Shown here piece after piece: positions 63,816-64,000 of a DNA stretch of 64,000 nt. This stretch comes from Octopus sinensis (lineage: Eukaryota): positions 78,430,001 to 78,494,000 of the forward strand of contig NC_043002.1 of NCBI RefSeq assembly GCF_006345805.1, read 5' to 3'. The notes under the pieces were generated by a model, which was not told the DNA's origin, ran no database searches, and saw nothing but the letters and a program-made list of their open reading frames with translations. How positions within the stretch are numbered: the first letter of the stretch is position 1; every line of letters starts with the position of its first letter. Position numbers and translations under genes: made by a program.

Positions 63816-63838
63816 ACTATATATATATATATATACAA

Positions 63839-63887
<49 letters not shown>

Positions 63888-64000
63888 TATACACACACAC
63901 ATGTTTGTGGCATGAAAAATACATCCCGTGTATCTGTAAAATGTTTGGCATTAGGAAGGGTATCTAGCCATAGAAACCATACGTAGGATGTTAAATGATG

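Overview
AT-rich, repeat-dense eukaryotic DNA. The SINE and RTE-LINE families look like those of an octopus (recognised from memory, no database search). Main contents: (1) a complete 17-exon GTPBP4/NOG1 gene on + (10227-36900, 628 aa); (2) an intact tRNA-Trp(CCA) gene at 49997-50068; (3) a hand-assembled 4-exon minus-strand gene for an unidentified 73-aa coiled-coil protein (49574 to 44239); (4) a decayed 28S rRNA fragment beside a truncated Helitron Rep; (5) many piggyBac, hAT, mariner, Helitron, RTE and SINE remnants, and a tandem array built from an RTE 3'UTR. The most striking unexplained signal is three different hammerhead-ribozyme-type motifs in short non-coding elements. One is a near-canonical type I hammerhead (44072-44119, minus) inside a highly structured, retrozyme-like ~270-nt element just downstream of the poly(A) signal of the 73-aa gene, on the same strand. 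One is a Penelope-type minimal hammerhead tail fused to a tRNA-like SINE head with an inverted tail copy. One is a variant-core hammerhead family sitting in (TA)n tracts. All structures were folded by eye and need computational and biochemical confirmation.
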